DNA of 63,197 nt, the filler included, from Trichomonas gallinae (taxonomy: Eukaryota): the NCBI GenBank assembly GCA_008369845.1. It is 10 parts of 10 records of this genome, joined end to end, with 100 filler letters (N's around TTAATTAATTAA, not from the genome) between each part and the next. Parts side by side here need not be neighbours in the genome. Positions count along the whole stretch, not along the records: positions 17,169 to 33,396 come from MRSU01000125.1; positions 33,497 to 41,774 come from MRSU01000132.1; positions 41,875 to 46,819 come from MRSU01000134.1; 7 more parts are not named here. One strand, written 5' to 3'. The notes beneath the pieces are model-generated. The model saw only the letters and a program-made list of their open reading frames with translations. It was not told the origin of the DNA and made no database searches. Both the position numbers and the translations under genes were made by a program. Positions 33,194 to 44,552 of this stretch are shown piece by piece (positions within the stretch are counted from its first letter, which is position 1; each line of letters opens with the position of its first letter).

Positions 33194-33396
33194 ATGTCTC
33201 TCGTTCAAGCTGGTCGTTTCGTTGTTATGCTCCAGGGCCGCCATGCTGGTAAGAAGGCCGTCGTTCTTGCCTCCTACCCAGAGGGCACAGAGGACCGCAA
33301 GTTCCCATACGCCATTGTTATGGGCATTGAAAAGTATCCAAAGAAGGTCACAAAGGAGATGCCAACAGAGGTCCTCGTTAAGAAGACACAGGTTAA
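33194..33396 (+). CDS. RPL27: 60S ribosomal protein L27 (eL27), 5' part, truncated at contig end
   Basis: MSLVQAGRFVVMLQGRHAGKKAVV...GIEKYPKKVTK. Confidence 0.93.
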
Positions 33397-33496
33397 NNNN
33401 NNNNNNNNNNNNNNNNNNNNNNNNNNNNNNNNNNNNNNNNTTAATTAATTAANNNNNNNNNNNNNNNNNNNNNNNNNNNNNNNNNNNNNNNNNNNN
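33397..33496. other. Artificial contig linker
   Basis: 44 N + TTAATTAATTAA + 44 N. Confidence 0.97.
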
Positions 33497-34492
33497 ATCA
33501 TTTTAAGCATCTTTTATTCATGATATAATTATAACCGTTTCAATTCAAAATTGAATGTTCAAGAATATATATATATCTATGCTATGTTCTCAGAAATACA
33601 ATTCTCACGCGAAGTGCTACGAAAAAACATGCAGCAACGAAGCTACAACCAACACAAAGATCTTTTGTAGGGTACCTGCAAAATTCTAGAAAAGCTGACA
33701 ATAAGGCATAGACTTTTCAACCAGAATACATAACATGCACACTACAAAATGAAGATTTCGAGTTTCCAGATGATTTATTCTTTGTTTCATTATTATTCAA
33801 AAGTATATAATGAGTTATTCGTCGAAGAATTACAAAATCACAGATTCTTCTTTGATGATAGATTCATTTATATCGGAGAATTTATACAAGATTCAGTTAT
33901 TACAAAAATTTTTATAATTTGCATGGATTTAATAAATTTGATCCAAAAAGTGACTGATCGAAAGATCAAGCTGATTCTGTGAACATTGCAGCCAACGGAT
34001 TCGATTTTATAACAACATGTTTAGTATCAGGAAAGAAAATCGAACTGACTTCATGGATGTCTTATATCCAATTATATCTGACTGTTATGTTTTATATGAC
34101 AATTTATTATCAGAGGGTGCATCGAAATTTAACACCGTAAGGAATACGCTTTTGGTCAGCTTTCAGTCTCAAATAGTGCAATGATCCAGTGATGCTCTTG
34201 CACTGATTGAGAATGGGTGCCGACACAGCGATTTATCTCGGAATGATATTCAATTTGCGACTTATATTCGTTCTGATTCGATGTCTTACACATCAATGGG
34301 TGAAACCCAGTATTTTGTGCCACTTTTTGATGCATCAGACATCGAAACAAAAGTTTTAAGTTTTTGTCGATTATCTTGAAAATGCAAGATTCTTGTCAGA
34401 TCTCATTCTAAACACGTGTAGAACTCAGTGATTCAACTTATTGTCGTGAATTTCATCTAAATAGAATCATTTATAATGTTATAAATCATAAA

Positions 34493-34825
34493 TTAATAAG
34501 TTGCACCATAAGTTCTCAACATATTTTTGATTTCATCTGTTTTAGCCTTCATCAAAGCTGTATAGTTAAATAGGCCTTTTGCATTGACATCTATTCCGGG
34601 AACTGTGAGAAGGAGTTTGACAACTTTATGACGGCCTTTCATTGAAGCCAAAATCAAAGCTGTTCTATTCCATTTGTCTCTCGAATTAATATCAATTCCA
34701 AATCCGATCAAAAGACGAACCAAGTCTTGCTTTTTATCTCCTGTTGGCAAGGAAGATATATCTTGCACTTCCCGACTTGCCTTGTAAAATACATATTCTT
34801 CAACACTAAAAAATCCTATTTGCAA
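34493..34825 (-). pseudogene. Short ankyrin repeat fragment (same subfamily as 3922-4693 and 44553-44840)
   Basis: GIDINSRDKWNRTALILASMKGRHKVVKLLLTVPGIDVNAK; TTG start with no upstream in-frame ATG in the ORF. Confidence 0.6.
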
Positions 34826-34983
34826 AGTTGACTTTACAATGACAAAAATCCTTTATTAATTTATTTTACATGTCAAAATCAATTTCCAATTCTCAATATC
34901 ATCCATTTTCTTTGATTAATATACTATTCACCTGACAGGCAAATTATATCCATTGATTGATATAAAACATATAGACAGACATT

Positions 34984-37900
34984 TTATTTGCGCGACAATT
35001 TTTCGCACTCAGAAGCTAGTTTGTGATTGCCTACTGCTGTAGCTGCTGATTCAACAATGATAAATCCTTCCTTTTTGCCGTATTTCCTTGCGATAGTCAT
35101 GGCCTCGGTGAGATAATTGAAATTTGCGAGCAGGCTGATCTGCAACTCAGCACCTTTTATGTTGTTCACTATGAACTGCGGCACATTTGTCTTTTTGAGT
35201 TTTGGAATCAATGTTGTCATGATAACAGTTGAAAGTTTCGCGTAGTTGTCCAAGTCCATTTTATCCGACATTTTTGCCAAAATATCTTTGATGACTTCAA
35301 TGCCGGCATATTCGACTTTGTCAACTAACTGCTCAACAACCTCTTTCAAACAGTTCTGACTGTCAGCTATTTGCACAGCAAGAGTAAATTCCTGGTTAAA
35401 CAAGCAAATCAAAGCCATCTGTTGAGCGCCGCCATCATTCGTCAGAATATCATGATGTTTGTTAAATCTTATCTTTCCGTTGATGCACATGTCAATGTAC
35501 TGGCGCTGAAGTCTCGTTAATTGCTCAATCTTCGACAGCCTTGCTGGAGGAATCTTGCAGACAGCTTGGCGGCCGCTTCTCACAGCTTTTTCTTTGGAGA
35601 CAGCAGTTTGAAGTATGTCTAGTCTCGAGAGCAACTCTTTCCAGGAACCACAGTCATTTTCAGTCTCCAGTAGAGATATAATTGCATCTTCGAAGTTGCC
35701 CAACTTCAGCTGTGCGTCTGCAAGAGAAATCATCATCCTGTGAGATCTTAAGAAATTCAGAATATCATCGAGCGGTTTGAAACTTTCTCTGTCTTCGTCA
35801 TTTTTAGCAAGATACTGCCACAATTGTTGAACTTGTTGTGAATAAAGTGCGGGCTTGATTATCCTCTCTAGTGCGCATTGAATGCTTTGTAGAAGAGGAG
35901 GCAGTCTCTTCCAAACGTCGAATAATTCTTTAAATTGTCCGATTGTTACATGGAAAGACAAAACTTGGTTCAAGCCTGCAAATGTTTCTATCAGCTTTGC
36001 TAAAGCTTTGAACTGGTCTTGGCCTATCAAAGCTCCACCTCTACCCATTATGATGACGGAAATCTTGTAGCATGGTGGAACGATTTCGACATTGATTGGA
36101 TTGCTCAAATACCTCAACTCGAAAGGAATTGCATGCTTTAATGTCCTTATTCCATCATTAACAAGCTTTTCAATATCTTCTGTATCTTCTTCCGGGAAAG
36201 CTGCGTTTTCTAAGAACTTCATTCCCTCAGTAAAGAAGCCGAGATTGCAGCAGTTGAGACACTGGTTCAATAGAGGAAGAGCGATATCATCATCCCACAG
36301 TTCTTTATGATCGTAAATCAAACCTATTTCATCATATTTCATCAAAATATTTCTGATGTTTTCAGTATGATCTGGGAAACCTCTGAAAGAATAAGCAACA
36401 GAAAATCTGTCAAAGAGTCTTGCGTTAACTAGTTTGCTGAAATACAGTATCTTCTTCTTCAGCAAGTCAGGGACTATATCATAATTGGACAATATTGATT
36501 CGATTATTGATAAATTTGAAATTGCTTTTTGCTCTAACTCAAATGAATCAACGTAAACATCATTGATGGTTTTATCAATTAACTTGTATATGTAATTATT
36601 AATGGCTTCTTTGTTCTTCATATTTTTAGTATATCTTCCATATAAGCTTTTGATTGATTTGAGATCTTTTGCTTTTTTGACAAAATCATCGAATAGTTCA
36701 TTGTCGCATTCAATATCTGGGAATTCATCGCAGATGCTTAGCAATGATTTGGCTTTTGCTCCATTGTGAGTAATGATCAGTTGATTGACAAGCGTTCTGT
36801 GCTCTTCCGGCAATGAATTGAAAATCTTGTGAGAAATTTCTTCGTTTGAAAAATGAACTGAAAATGTTTGACTAGAATTCAGCTTTGAAACGATTTTTTC
36901 CCTCATTATATTAACAAACTCTTCTTCCATATGATTGTTAATTGCGAAATCTAACGCGTCGTTGTCTTTTTCTTCATTGACAAGTTGTTTGATTGCTGTT
37001 GCAAAATCGCGAATTTCTATTCCAGAACTTAGAACTTTTTCAAGGCTAATATTAGAATCTTCAGGGAAGATAATCAAATAATCTGAAAGCTGTATCTTCC
37101 TCTTGATCTCATCTTTGTATTTGTCAACAATCTGTGGCCACCTTATTCGCAGTTCCTGCAAAAATTTAAAAGAAATCGTTTCGCAATATCTTAAACTTAT
37201 CGATAATAACTTTTCGATATGTTCTTCAGGAACGTCAAACAAAAATAAATCATCTAAGAAGTCCAATGCAGAAAACAATATACTTTCCGTGATGCTCTTC
37301 AATGTCTGCAGTGTTGCTAAAAATGTCATAATAAACATATTAATGTCATTTGATGATGTCTTAAAGACTTCATCGAATTCTCTTTGTATGAAAACATATT
37401 TGTATTTAAGAATTATTTCGCTGAAGTTATTCTTCTTGCATGAGAGATCGCTAGCCTTAATAATCAGCGGCGAAATCGAGTTAAATATTGCTTTTACGTT
37501 GTCAGAAGCTGTTGAAATTTCTTTCGATGACAAAACTAGCTCTACTGCGTTCTTTCCTAATAATTTCTCCATGCTTTCAATATCTGTTATGTTGTCGCTG
37601 TGTATAACCCCATCTACAGCACTTGTCGTGGAGTCACTCTGTGTTGACTTGTTGTATAAATCAACATAATCTATAAATTTTTTAAGACGAGGAAATTCTT
37701 TGTAATTAAATGGCTCTGATTTGCCGACGAAATGAGCTTTTGCTTCTTCTAAAACTTTCGAGAAATTAATTTTCATCAATATATTGTCTTCATCATTAAA
37801 TATTTGATTGTCATCTGTTGTAGCTTTTTCGATATTTTTTGAGAAATTAATATCTTCTTTCCTTTTATTGATTATTATCAAAATATTTTTGTCGTCGGTT

Positions 37901-39651
37901 GTTATTTTATCTGTAGATTTTCCTGTGCTCAAGCAGTAGTTTATCCAAAGCTGTGGTGTGAACCAATCTTTTGGAATTAGTTTCTCATGGCCATTCTGTA
38001 GTAGAGAAATTGCATGCGCCATGACACAAATGGAGTTGAGTTTTGGATCGTTTTGCGAAATAATTTCTGCCATATCATATTCGTAATTCGAAAAGGCGAC
38101 CATAACTGCGTCTTGTGTTGATAATAAACATTCTGATATTGAGTGAGCATTCATAACAAGTCCTCTTTGTAGCTTGTTTAATCCGACAGCGATTTTTGCT
38201 TTCAGTTCTTTTTCTTCGGCGAAAGTTTCTAAAACTGTTAATACTTGCTGCGCCAAAGCTGCTGAACAAACAAATTTACCCGTTTCATCTTGCAAAAACA
38301 ATAAAGAAAGAATATCTATAATGAATTCCGTATGATAGCTAACGGGAATATTTGCCATTAAATTCATCAGCAAAGAATCATCGAAAGGTTGGCCTTGTAT
38401 TGAGTTTAATATAATCTCTAAAGCCTTGAATGCATAAATAACAGTAAAATCTTTGATTCTATCTTCATCTGGATAAGATAAAATTTCTTTTTCGCCATAT
38501 TGAAGTACATCTTCAACTGTAAGTGATGTGATTGTTGGCAATAAAAATTTAGTGATGGAAATTTCGAATAAATCTTTGGCTGTTATTGTTCTTCCAATTG
38601 TATTCGAAATGAATTTGAAAAATCCATCTTCGTTACGATATCTGCCAAAAAAGTTCATTGGGAAGTTTGGCTTCGCGTAATAATCGATAATATCGTTCAA
38701 AAATTGCTGATCAGGCGAAATTTTCTCATAATCTAATAATAGTGCGTAAGGTCTTAAATCATCAAACGGATCTAGTATTTTTGCAACTGTCTGAAAGTCA
38801 CGCATCATAAGATGATTGTGTGCATTAGAGAAAATGACGTCAGCAAAATGTTTATTTTTTATTATTGATTCGTTGAGTAATGTGAATTGATTATTCTGTT
38901 GTAAAAGTCGAAAATCATTAGGATAGTTGTTCTGCGCAGAGATAAATCTTTGATATAGTTGAGAAACTCGTTGATTTCCGATTACTGCTGGACTTCCCAT
39001 GAAAATGAAGAAATTCTGCGGAGTAATAAGATCTGGTGGAAGTGAAACGATAAATCTTTCATCAATTCCGCCATAAATGTAAAAGATTTGTATTCCAAAA
39101 TGTGAAACGAAGTCATGCTCTCCGATTTTAATCAGAACAATGTCAACAAGTGATTGTAGAGCTCGAAGCAATTGTGGATTATGAGAATTTAGTTTGTCAA
39201 TGTTGCGTAAAATGTTTTTCGAATTCTTATCAATTTTTTGTGGATTTTGGAGAATATCAAACAGATTTTCCGACCAATGCTCACCAATTCTATACAGAAT
39301 GTTGAGATAAATTGGAGTTTGATCTGTCTTTTCTATATTTTTGTAATTGGACAAAATTATTTCAATATCGGAGTAATAATGTGATTTCGTTGGACTCTCT
39401 CGAACGTATTTATATATTGGGGCAGGTGTAAGTCGCCTTAAAGCCTCTAAATACGAAATTAAAAATTCTTGTGAAATCGTATCTTCGTAAAGATAGTAAA
39501 AACATGGCTCACCAAGACAGATTTGCTTAAGTATCTCCGTTTTCTCCGTCTCAATTATGTTAGGAACAGAAAAAATCCAGTGATACTTTAGATTTGAGTT
39601 CAACAAAATATATAATTCAGTAAATTTGATTGGATTATTTAGATATATCAT
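34984..39651 (-). CDS. Large alpha-solenoid protein, spastizin (ZFYVE26/SPG15)-like
   Basis: 1555-aa ORF. The C-terminal ~300 aa (LADAQLKLGNFEDA...KIEQLTRLQ...FTLAVQI...LTEAMTIARK...SAATAVGNHKLASECEK) parallels the conserved spastizin C-terminus. Confidence 0.6.
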   Translation of the reverse strand: MIYLNNPIKFTELYILLNSNLKYHWIFSVPNIIETEKTEILKQICLGEPCFYYLYEDTISQEFLISYLEALRRLTPAPIYKYVRESPTKSHYYSDIEIILSNYKNIEKTDQTPIYLNILYRIGEHWSENLFDILQNPQKIDKNSKNILRNIDKLNSHNPQLLRALQSLVDIVLIKIGEHDFVSHFGIQIFYIYGGIDERFIVSLPPDLITPQNFFIFMGSPAVIGNQRVSQLYQRFISAQNNYPNDFRLLQQNNQFTLLNESIIKNKHFADVIFSNAHNHLMMRDFQTVAKILDPFDDLRPYALLLDYEKISPDQQFLNDIIDYYAKPNFPMNFFGRYRNEDGFFKFISNTIGRTITAKDLFEISITKFLLPTITSLTVEDVLQYGEKEILSYPDEDRIKDFTVIYAFKALEIILNSIQGQPFDDSLLMNLMANIPVSYHTEFIIDILSLLFLQDETGKFVCSAALAQQVLTVLETFAEEKELKAKIAVGLNKLQRGLVMNAHSISECLLSTQDAVMVAFSNYEYDMAEIISQNDPKLNSICVMAHAISLLQNGHEKLIPKDWFTPQLWINYCLSTGKSTDKITTDDKNILIIINKRKEDINFSKNIEKATTDDNQIFNDEDNILMKINFSKVLEEAKAHFVGKSEPFNYKEFPRLKKFIDYVDLYNKSTQSDSTTSAVDGVIHSDNITDIESMEKLLGKNAVELVLSSKEISTASDNVKAIFNSISPLIIKASDLSCKKNNFSEIILKYKYVFIQREFDEVFKTSSNDINMFIMTFLATLQTLKSITESILFSALDFLDDLFLFDVPEEHIEKLLSISLRYCETISFKFLQELRIRWPQIVDKYKDEIKRKIQLSDYLIIFPEDSNISLEKVLSSGIEIRDFATAIKQLVNEEKDNDALDFAINNHMEEEFVNIMREKIVSKLNSSQTFSVHFSNEEISHKIFNSLPEEHRTLVNQLIITHNGAKAKSLLSICDEFPDIECDNELFDDFVKKAKDLKSIKSLYGRYTKNMKNKEAINNYIYKLIDKTINDVYVDSFELEQKAISNLSIIESILSNYDIVPDLLKKKILYFSKLVNARLFDRFSVAYSFRGFPDHTENIRNILMKYDEIGLIYDHKELWDDDIALPLLNQCLNCCNLGFFTEGMKFLENAAFPEEDTEDIEKLVNDGIRTLKHAIPFELRYLSNPINVEIVPPCYKISVIIMGRGGALIGQDQFKALAKLIETFAGLNQVLSFHVTIGQFKELFDVWKRLPPLLQSIQCALERIIKPALYSQQVQQLWQYLAKNDEDRESFKPLDDILNFLRSHRMMISLADAQLKLGNFEDAIISLLETENDCGSWKELLSRLDILQTAVSKEKAVRSGRQAVCKIPPARLSKIEQLTRLQRQYIDMCINGKIRFNKHHDILTNDGGAQQMALICLFNQEFTLAVQIADSQNCLKEVVEQLVDKVEYAGIEVIKDILAKMSDKMDLDNYAKLSTVIMTTLIPKLKKTNVPQFIVNNIKGAELQISLLANFNYLTEAMTIARKYGKKEGFIIVESAATAVGNHKLASECEKLSRK

Positions 39652-39968
39652 TAAACTCTCTAGTTTTAAATTTTAAAAATAACTCTGTTTACGTGTCAAA
39701 TCGGTTGAAAATTGAATTTTTGTCAAATGTAAATTTTCTCTTTTTTGACATGTAAAAGCACAATCAAAAAAGGTGATTTGACAAAACCTGACATGTAAAA
39801 CAGACAAATATCATATAAATATGACAATCTGTCATGTAAAAATACTTGCTTTACTGCTTGTCGTAAAAACAAGTAATTATTCAGCCATTGCGTTACATTA
39901 GTTGATTAAAGAAAAGACAAGCGTATTTTTATAGAGAAACACATACATTATGGATAATATCAAATAAA

Positions 39969-41411
39969 TTAATCGAAAATAGTCATTTCTGCGCGTTTCT
40001 TCACTAATAGATAGAACGATGAAAACATTATAATAAGGAATAAAATGGAGATAATGAGATCAATCTCTGTCTTAATGAAAGGAACATTATATAACGAAAG
40101 AGCTTCTTCATAGCCTTTGCTAATGCATGTAATGATCAATAAATGAACATATCTGACGATCTTCACAAATCTGAAGATTCTCAGTGGATCTGGCGAAGTT
40201 AATGATAATAAATTGTTAATCTTGTATGCATCGTCAATCTTGAAGGCCAGTTTGATCCTTGAACTGAATTTAGTAAAATTGTCTGTGGAATATACCTTAT
40301 TTTCATATATTTCTACATCATCTTCTTTTGAATCGATTTCTGCGCCTAAATAAAGCTTGAAATCCTGATATCTAGAGTAGAAAAGTGTATATTTCTCCAA
40401 ATCATTTGTTAGTGGTTCCCCAAAATACTTCTTTGTGAAATATTTCATAAAAATGTCGCCTTCGTCGTTATATTTGGGTTGCGCTAACGCATAATACTTA
40501 GCAAGCAGTGGCCAGTATTTTTCATTCTTCTCCATGATTTTTAGTGAAAGATTTACTAATTTTTTAGTTTGATTCTTGAAAAGTTGATCAAGAGCCCAAT
40601 TCATGTAATTTTCGACATTATTCTCAATAATATACTGAACAGCTGCTTGTGTTGCATTGTATTTGATTAAAGCCCAAGCAAAATGATCACGAAGTCCATC
40701 AATTTGAACATCAATACACTTATCTACAGTATTAATATTAGTATGATCATCTTTGAGCTGTCTTAAGTATTCAAAGCATGCTTTGTCTTCATTATTTGAA
40801 ACATTGAAAAATTTTGTTAATTTCTTGATATATTTGCCAAATTTGATGCCTTGTGGCGACATTCTGTATATTTCTGTGAACGGAGGATCAATAATTTCTG
40901 TGCTTAAATGTTCAGATCTGTCGAATATTTTTTGATAATTTAAATATCGCTCATATTGGCCTAAACTTTTGGAGCGAACTAAATGGGATATAAATGAATC
41001 TTGTGACATTAATAAAAGCTTGGATTTCAGTTTATTTTGTTTTGTAAATAAGCCACGATCGTAATAATAGGCCAAAAAGTCTCCACAAAGATCAAAGCCT
41101 AGCTTGTAGCACGTTTCCATGTATTCGAATGGATTTATTTTGCTATTTTCGAGACTATTAAAAGTAAAATGCTCGGCCAACAAGAATTGAGCTGTTGTAT
41201 CATTTGAATCTGCAAAACTTTTGAGCAGTGGAAGACCATCTTCAAATTTTTCTTTAGTTTTTGTAATATTTAAATAAAATCCTCGATAAAAGTCAGGCAA
41301 ATGCTGAAACTTCCAGAATGGTTTGTAAACGATGTTGTCTCCTTCTTTGATCGCAGTCATATATTGGAATCTCTTTGAGCGATAAAGAATCAATGAAATC
41401 ATCATGAGCAT
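39969..41411 (-). CDS. Hypothetical membrane protein with Sel1-like helical repeats (tentative)
   Basis: MLMMISLIL leader from ATG 41411; DTTAQFLLAEHF and LAYYYDRG Sel1-like segments; C-terminal TM LIISILFLIIMFSSFYLLV. Confidence 0.65.
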   Translation of the reverse strand: MLMMISLILYRSKRFQYMTAIKEGDNIVYKPFWKFQHLPDFYRGFYLNITKTKEKFEDGLPLLKSFADSNDTTAQFLLAEHFTFNSLENSKINPFEYMETCYKLGFDLCGDFLAYYYDRGLFTKQNKLKSKLLLMSQDSFISHLVRSKSLGQYERYLNYQKIFDRSEHLSTEIIDPPFTEIYRMSPQGIKFGKYIKKLTKFFNVSNNEDKACFEYLRQLKDDHTNINTVDKCIDVQIDGLRDHFAWALIKYNATQAAVQYIIENNVENYMNWALDQLFKNQTKKLVNLSLKIMEKNEKYWPLLAKYYALAQPKYNDEGDIFMKYFTKKYFGEPLTNDLEKYTLFYSRYQDFKLYLGAEIDSKEDDVEIYENKVYSTDNFTKFSSRIKLAFKIDDAYKINNLLSLTSPDPLRIFRFVKIVRYVHLLIITCISKGYEEALSLYNVPFIKTEIDLIISILFLIIMFSSFYLLVKKRAEMTIFD

Positions 41412-41774
41412 ATTCAATTTTTGACGATCTGACGCGTAAATTTTACTTGTCAAAAACACCAATTTAACGTGGTTTCTCCCCTGCATATTATCATTTTTGA
41501 CAATCTGGCACGTAAAGTTATCATATTTCCGTTACACTCTCAAATGTGCGACATTCTACTTGGTCATTCAGATCTCGACGATCCTCAAACATTCAAAACT
41601 CAAGAAAGACCTCGAAATTATTCAAGTTTCAAACTCATTGTTCAGGAATTTCTTAGGTTGTGACCTCGAAGCATATCTTTACTCCAAGAACACAACACAC
41701 ACACATATGGCGCCTCTGATCACGCTTCGCGTGATCGCCGTCGCGGATCTAAGTCAGGATTCATGACCCCAAAA

Positions 41775-41874
41775 NNNNNNNNNNNNNNNNNNNNNNNNNN
41801 NNNNNNNNNNNNNNNNNNTTAATTAATTAANNNNNNNNNNNNNNNNNNNNNNNNNNNNNNNNNNNNNNNNNNNN
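41775..41874. other. Artificial contig linker
   Basis: 44 N + TTAATTAATTAA + 44 N. Confidence 0.97.
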
Positions 41875-42030
41875 TTTAATGGTCACTATGTGCTCATTCT
41901 ATATTATTAATTTACAGAATTTTTAGTTGTATTTTTCTGCCGGACAACCTTTCGTAATAAATAGGAGATAAATTGACAAATAAATAAACAATGGATTCAA
42001 AAGTGACATTCATCTGCTTTACATTTGACG

Positions 42031-42834
42031 ATGGCCGAGGAATCTTCATATTCATATTCTTATTCCTACTACTCTTCAGACGACTATGACCTCCTTGCCA
42101 CCGTCGAGGAGGAAGAAGAGGAAGATGAATACTCTAATGAATATGAAGATTGGGTTACCCAGTTTTGCAAAGAGAAGAAATTCAAAAACTGGTTCTGCCA
42201 TGTCTCCGAAGATTACATGGAAGATCCTTTCAACCTTTTCGGACTCCAAAACTTATTCAAACATTATAATAAAGCACTTAACTGTTTATTAGACGTCGAA
42301 GAAGAAGACATTGATGAATCATGGTATAAAAATCCAAAATTTACGGAAGAAGTTCAAAATTTGTATTTATTAATCCATCAGAGATTTATTCAATCACCAG
42401 AAGGTCTTTCTATGATGATCGAGAAATACGGCAAAAAAGTATTCGGTACTTGCCCACGTGTTGAATGCGAAAAGCAAGCAGTTATTCCTTATGGTATTTC
42501 ATCAAATCTTGGTGTTTCTGGATGCTTATGTTTCTGCCCAAGATGCCGTGATGTATATGTTCCAAAATGCTACGAAGTATCAAGAATTGATGGCGCTGCC
42601 TTTGGACCAAACTTTGCAGCCATTTTCTTGTCAGATCCAAGCCTTAAGAAGCTGAAGATTCCTGATGTCAAGAACCCGCCTCTTACTATTTTTGGATTCA
42701 GAGTTCTTGAAAGTAGAAGAAGACTTGATCGTACAAAAGATCCAAGCCATCTTCCCGATTTTTCTGATGAAGCTGAATACGAAGAAGAAGAAGAGGATGC
42801 TGATGAAACACCTGCCGAAAACAAAAAAGAGTAA
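42031..42834 (+). CDS. Casein kinase II regulatory (beta) subunit family protein
   Basis: WVTQFC...WFCHVSEDYMEDPFNLFGL, LYLLIHQRFI, FGTCPRVEC, FCPRCRDVY, IDGAAFGPNF and IFGFRV. Confidence 0.93.
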   Translation: MAEESSYSYSYSYYSSDDYDLLATVEEEEEEDEYSNEYEDWVTQFCKEKKFKNWFCHVSEDYMEDPFNLFGLQNLFKHYNKALNCLLDVEEEDIDESWYKNPKFTEEVQNLYLLIHQRFIQSPEGLSMMIEKYGKKVFGTCPRVECEKQAVIPYGISSNLGVSGCLCFCPRCRDVYVPKCYEVSRIDGAAFGPNFAAIFLSDPSLKKLKIPDVKNPPLTIFGFRVLESRRRLDRTKDPSHLPDFSDEAEYEEEEEDADETPAENKKE

Positions 42835-42997
42835 CAAAAATAATTTATTTTTTTATTTCTATGGATAGATTGATTTAATGTTAATAAAATGTATCTTTTC
42901 AAGCAATTTAATGCAGGTAGTTTTTAAATAGATTCATTGCTGTACAATTTGAATAATTCTTAAAATTGTTTAGAAAAATGGGAAAACATTATCCGAA

Positions 42998-43672
42998 TTA
43001 TGCGAATTTGAACTTAGTGTAGTCGAAGTGTTCAAGTGAGTCAATAATATATGTTGGTGTCGCGTTTTGTTCAGCAAGTGATTTTTCTTTATTGACGTGC
43101 TCATCTGGAACAAATACAGAAGGCATTCCAGCTAAGTTAGCTGCACGGATACCTAATGGTGAATCTTCGAAAACTAAAGCTTCTTCTGGCTTGATTCCTG
43201 GGAATTTAGCAAGTGCAGCGAGGAAGAGATCTGGAGCTGGCTTTCCGTGCTCAACTTCATCACCACAGACAATGTGATCCATCATAGCAACGAAATCTTT
43301 GTGGCCGGATGACTTTAATGTAAAACCTGGTCTGTTAGAAGCAGTTGCGATTGCCATCTTGAGTCCACGCTTCTTAAACTCATCAACGAGAGCCTGTGCA
43401 CCTGGCATCAAAGGAATTGTCGGCCAATATTCATCGACGATCTTTGTACGACGCTCGCAAAGAGATTCTGGTGACTCTGTGAGACCATAGTGCTCACATG
43501 TTAACCTGCAAGCTTCGATTGGTGTCTTTCCCATCAATTGGACTTTGAAATCCCAATCAATTTCGTATCCAGTGCAGATTTTGTGTGCAACGGAGTAAAC
43601 CCACTCTGTGTTCATAAGTGTGCCATCATTGTCGAATATGATGAGCTTGATTGGTGAATTATGCAAAGTCAT
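42998..43672 (-). CDS. HAD-superfamily hydrolase (HDHD1/pseudouridine-5'-phosphatase, beta-PGM-like subfamily)
   Basis: IFDNDGTLMNTE, AIATAS, GKPAPDLFL and VFEDSPLGIRAA; ATG at 43672. Confidence 0.92.
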   Translation of the reverse strand: MTLHNSPIKLIIFDNDGTLMNTEWVYSVAHKICTGYEIDWDFKVQLMGKTPIEACRLTCEHYGLTESPESLCERRTKIVDEYWPTIPLMPGAQALVDEFKKRGLKMAIATASNRPGFTLKSSGHKDFVAMMDHIVCGDEVEHGKPAPDLFLAALAKFPGIKPEEALVFEDSPLGIRAANLAGMPSVFVPDEHVNKEKSLAEQNATPTYIIDSLEHFDYTKFKFA

Positions 43673-44219
43673 GAATGTCACTTTTCCAATTTAATCCGCT
43701 TTCAATTTTGTTTGACTATTTTTCTGATGTTTACGGGTGTTTCTTATTTTTTATTTTTCGTTGATTTATGTGTTTAAAAAACGACTTTATTGACTCCGTT
43801 ACATGTTTTATGGGATTTTCGCAATATAACTCTTAATCAAAATGTAAAGATACGATTAATACAATTCTTCAAACAATGTAACAATGTCTTTGACCATTGC
43901 TATCGGCTTGAAAAACATTATTTTATATCATACTATGTTCTTGGCTTTATGATAATGATATCATTTAGTAATCGGTCTGGCAGCTTTGATATTCATTTAT
44001 TCAGGAGTAAGTCGTTTTAGAATTAGAAATGTATTTTTTTTTATTCAATCACGAATCGATTTTGATAGTAGTGTCCAAACAAAATCTTTTTGATAATATA
44101 TAATACTCTTATTCTTAAGGCATTCGCAAAAAATAATTCTTGATGCTACAAGTTATAACTTTAAGTGCCAGATGAGCTAGCTAGAAAACAGGTTATTCTA
44201 AATTTTGGTGAGTTTCTTT

Positions 44220-44390
44220 GCTCCCAGATTCCAAACCAAATGTATGAATCAACGCAGTTCTACCACATTATCTTTTGCCTCAATATCTGCTCCCAATCAT
44301 TCAGTTTTGAAATCTAATTTGTTTAAATAAAGTAGGTTGCAGATATGAATGCAGTCCAACCATTATTATCTTTTCCGTTCATATCTTCTA
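44220..44390 (-). pseudogene. Degenerate ankyrin repeat remnant
   Basis: Minus strand reads EDMNGKDNNGWTAFISA and GADIEAKDN/(frameshift)/GRTALIH. Confidence 0.55.
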
Positions 44391-44552
44391 ATAACACAGT
44401 TAACTATGAAATCGTATCAACGGAATTATATTTTTGGATGCAAATATCTATGTATACATCACGGCATCTTGGGCAGAAACATAAGCATCCAGAAACACCA
44501 AGATTTGATGAAATACCATAAGGAATAACTGCCTGCTTTTCGCATTCAACAC

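Noticed and set aside
33500..34350. Possible decayed gene (ORFs 33749..33982 and 34156..34350)
   Set aside because: Some coding-like composition but no family could be recognised, so not called
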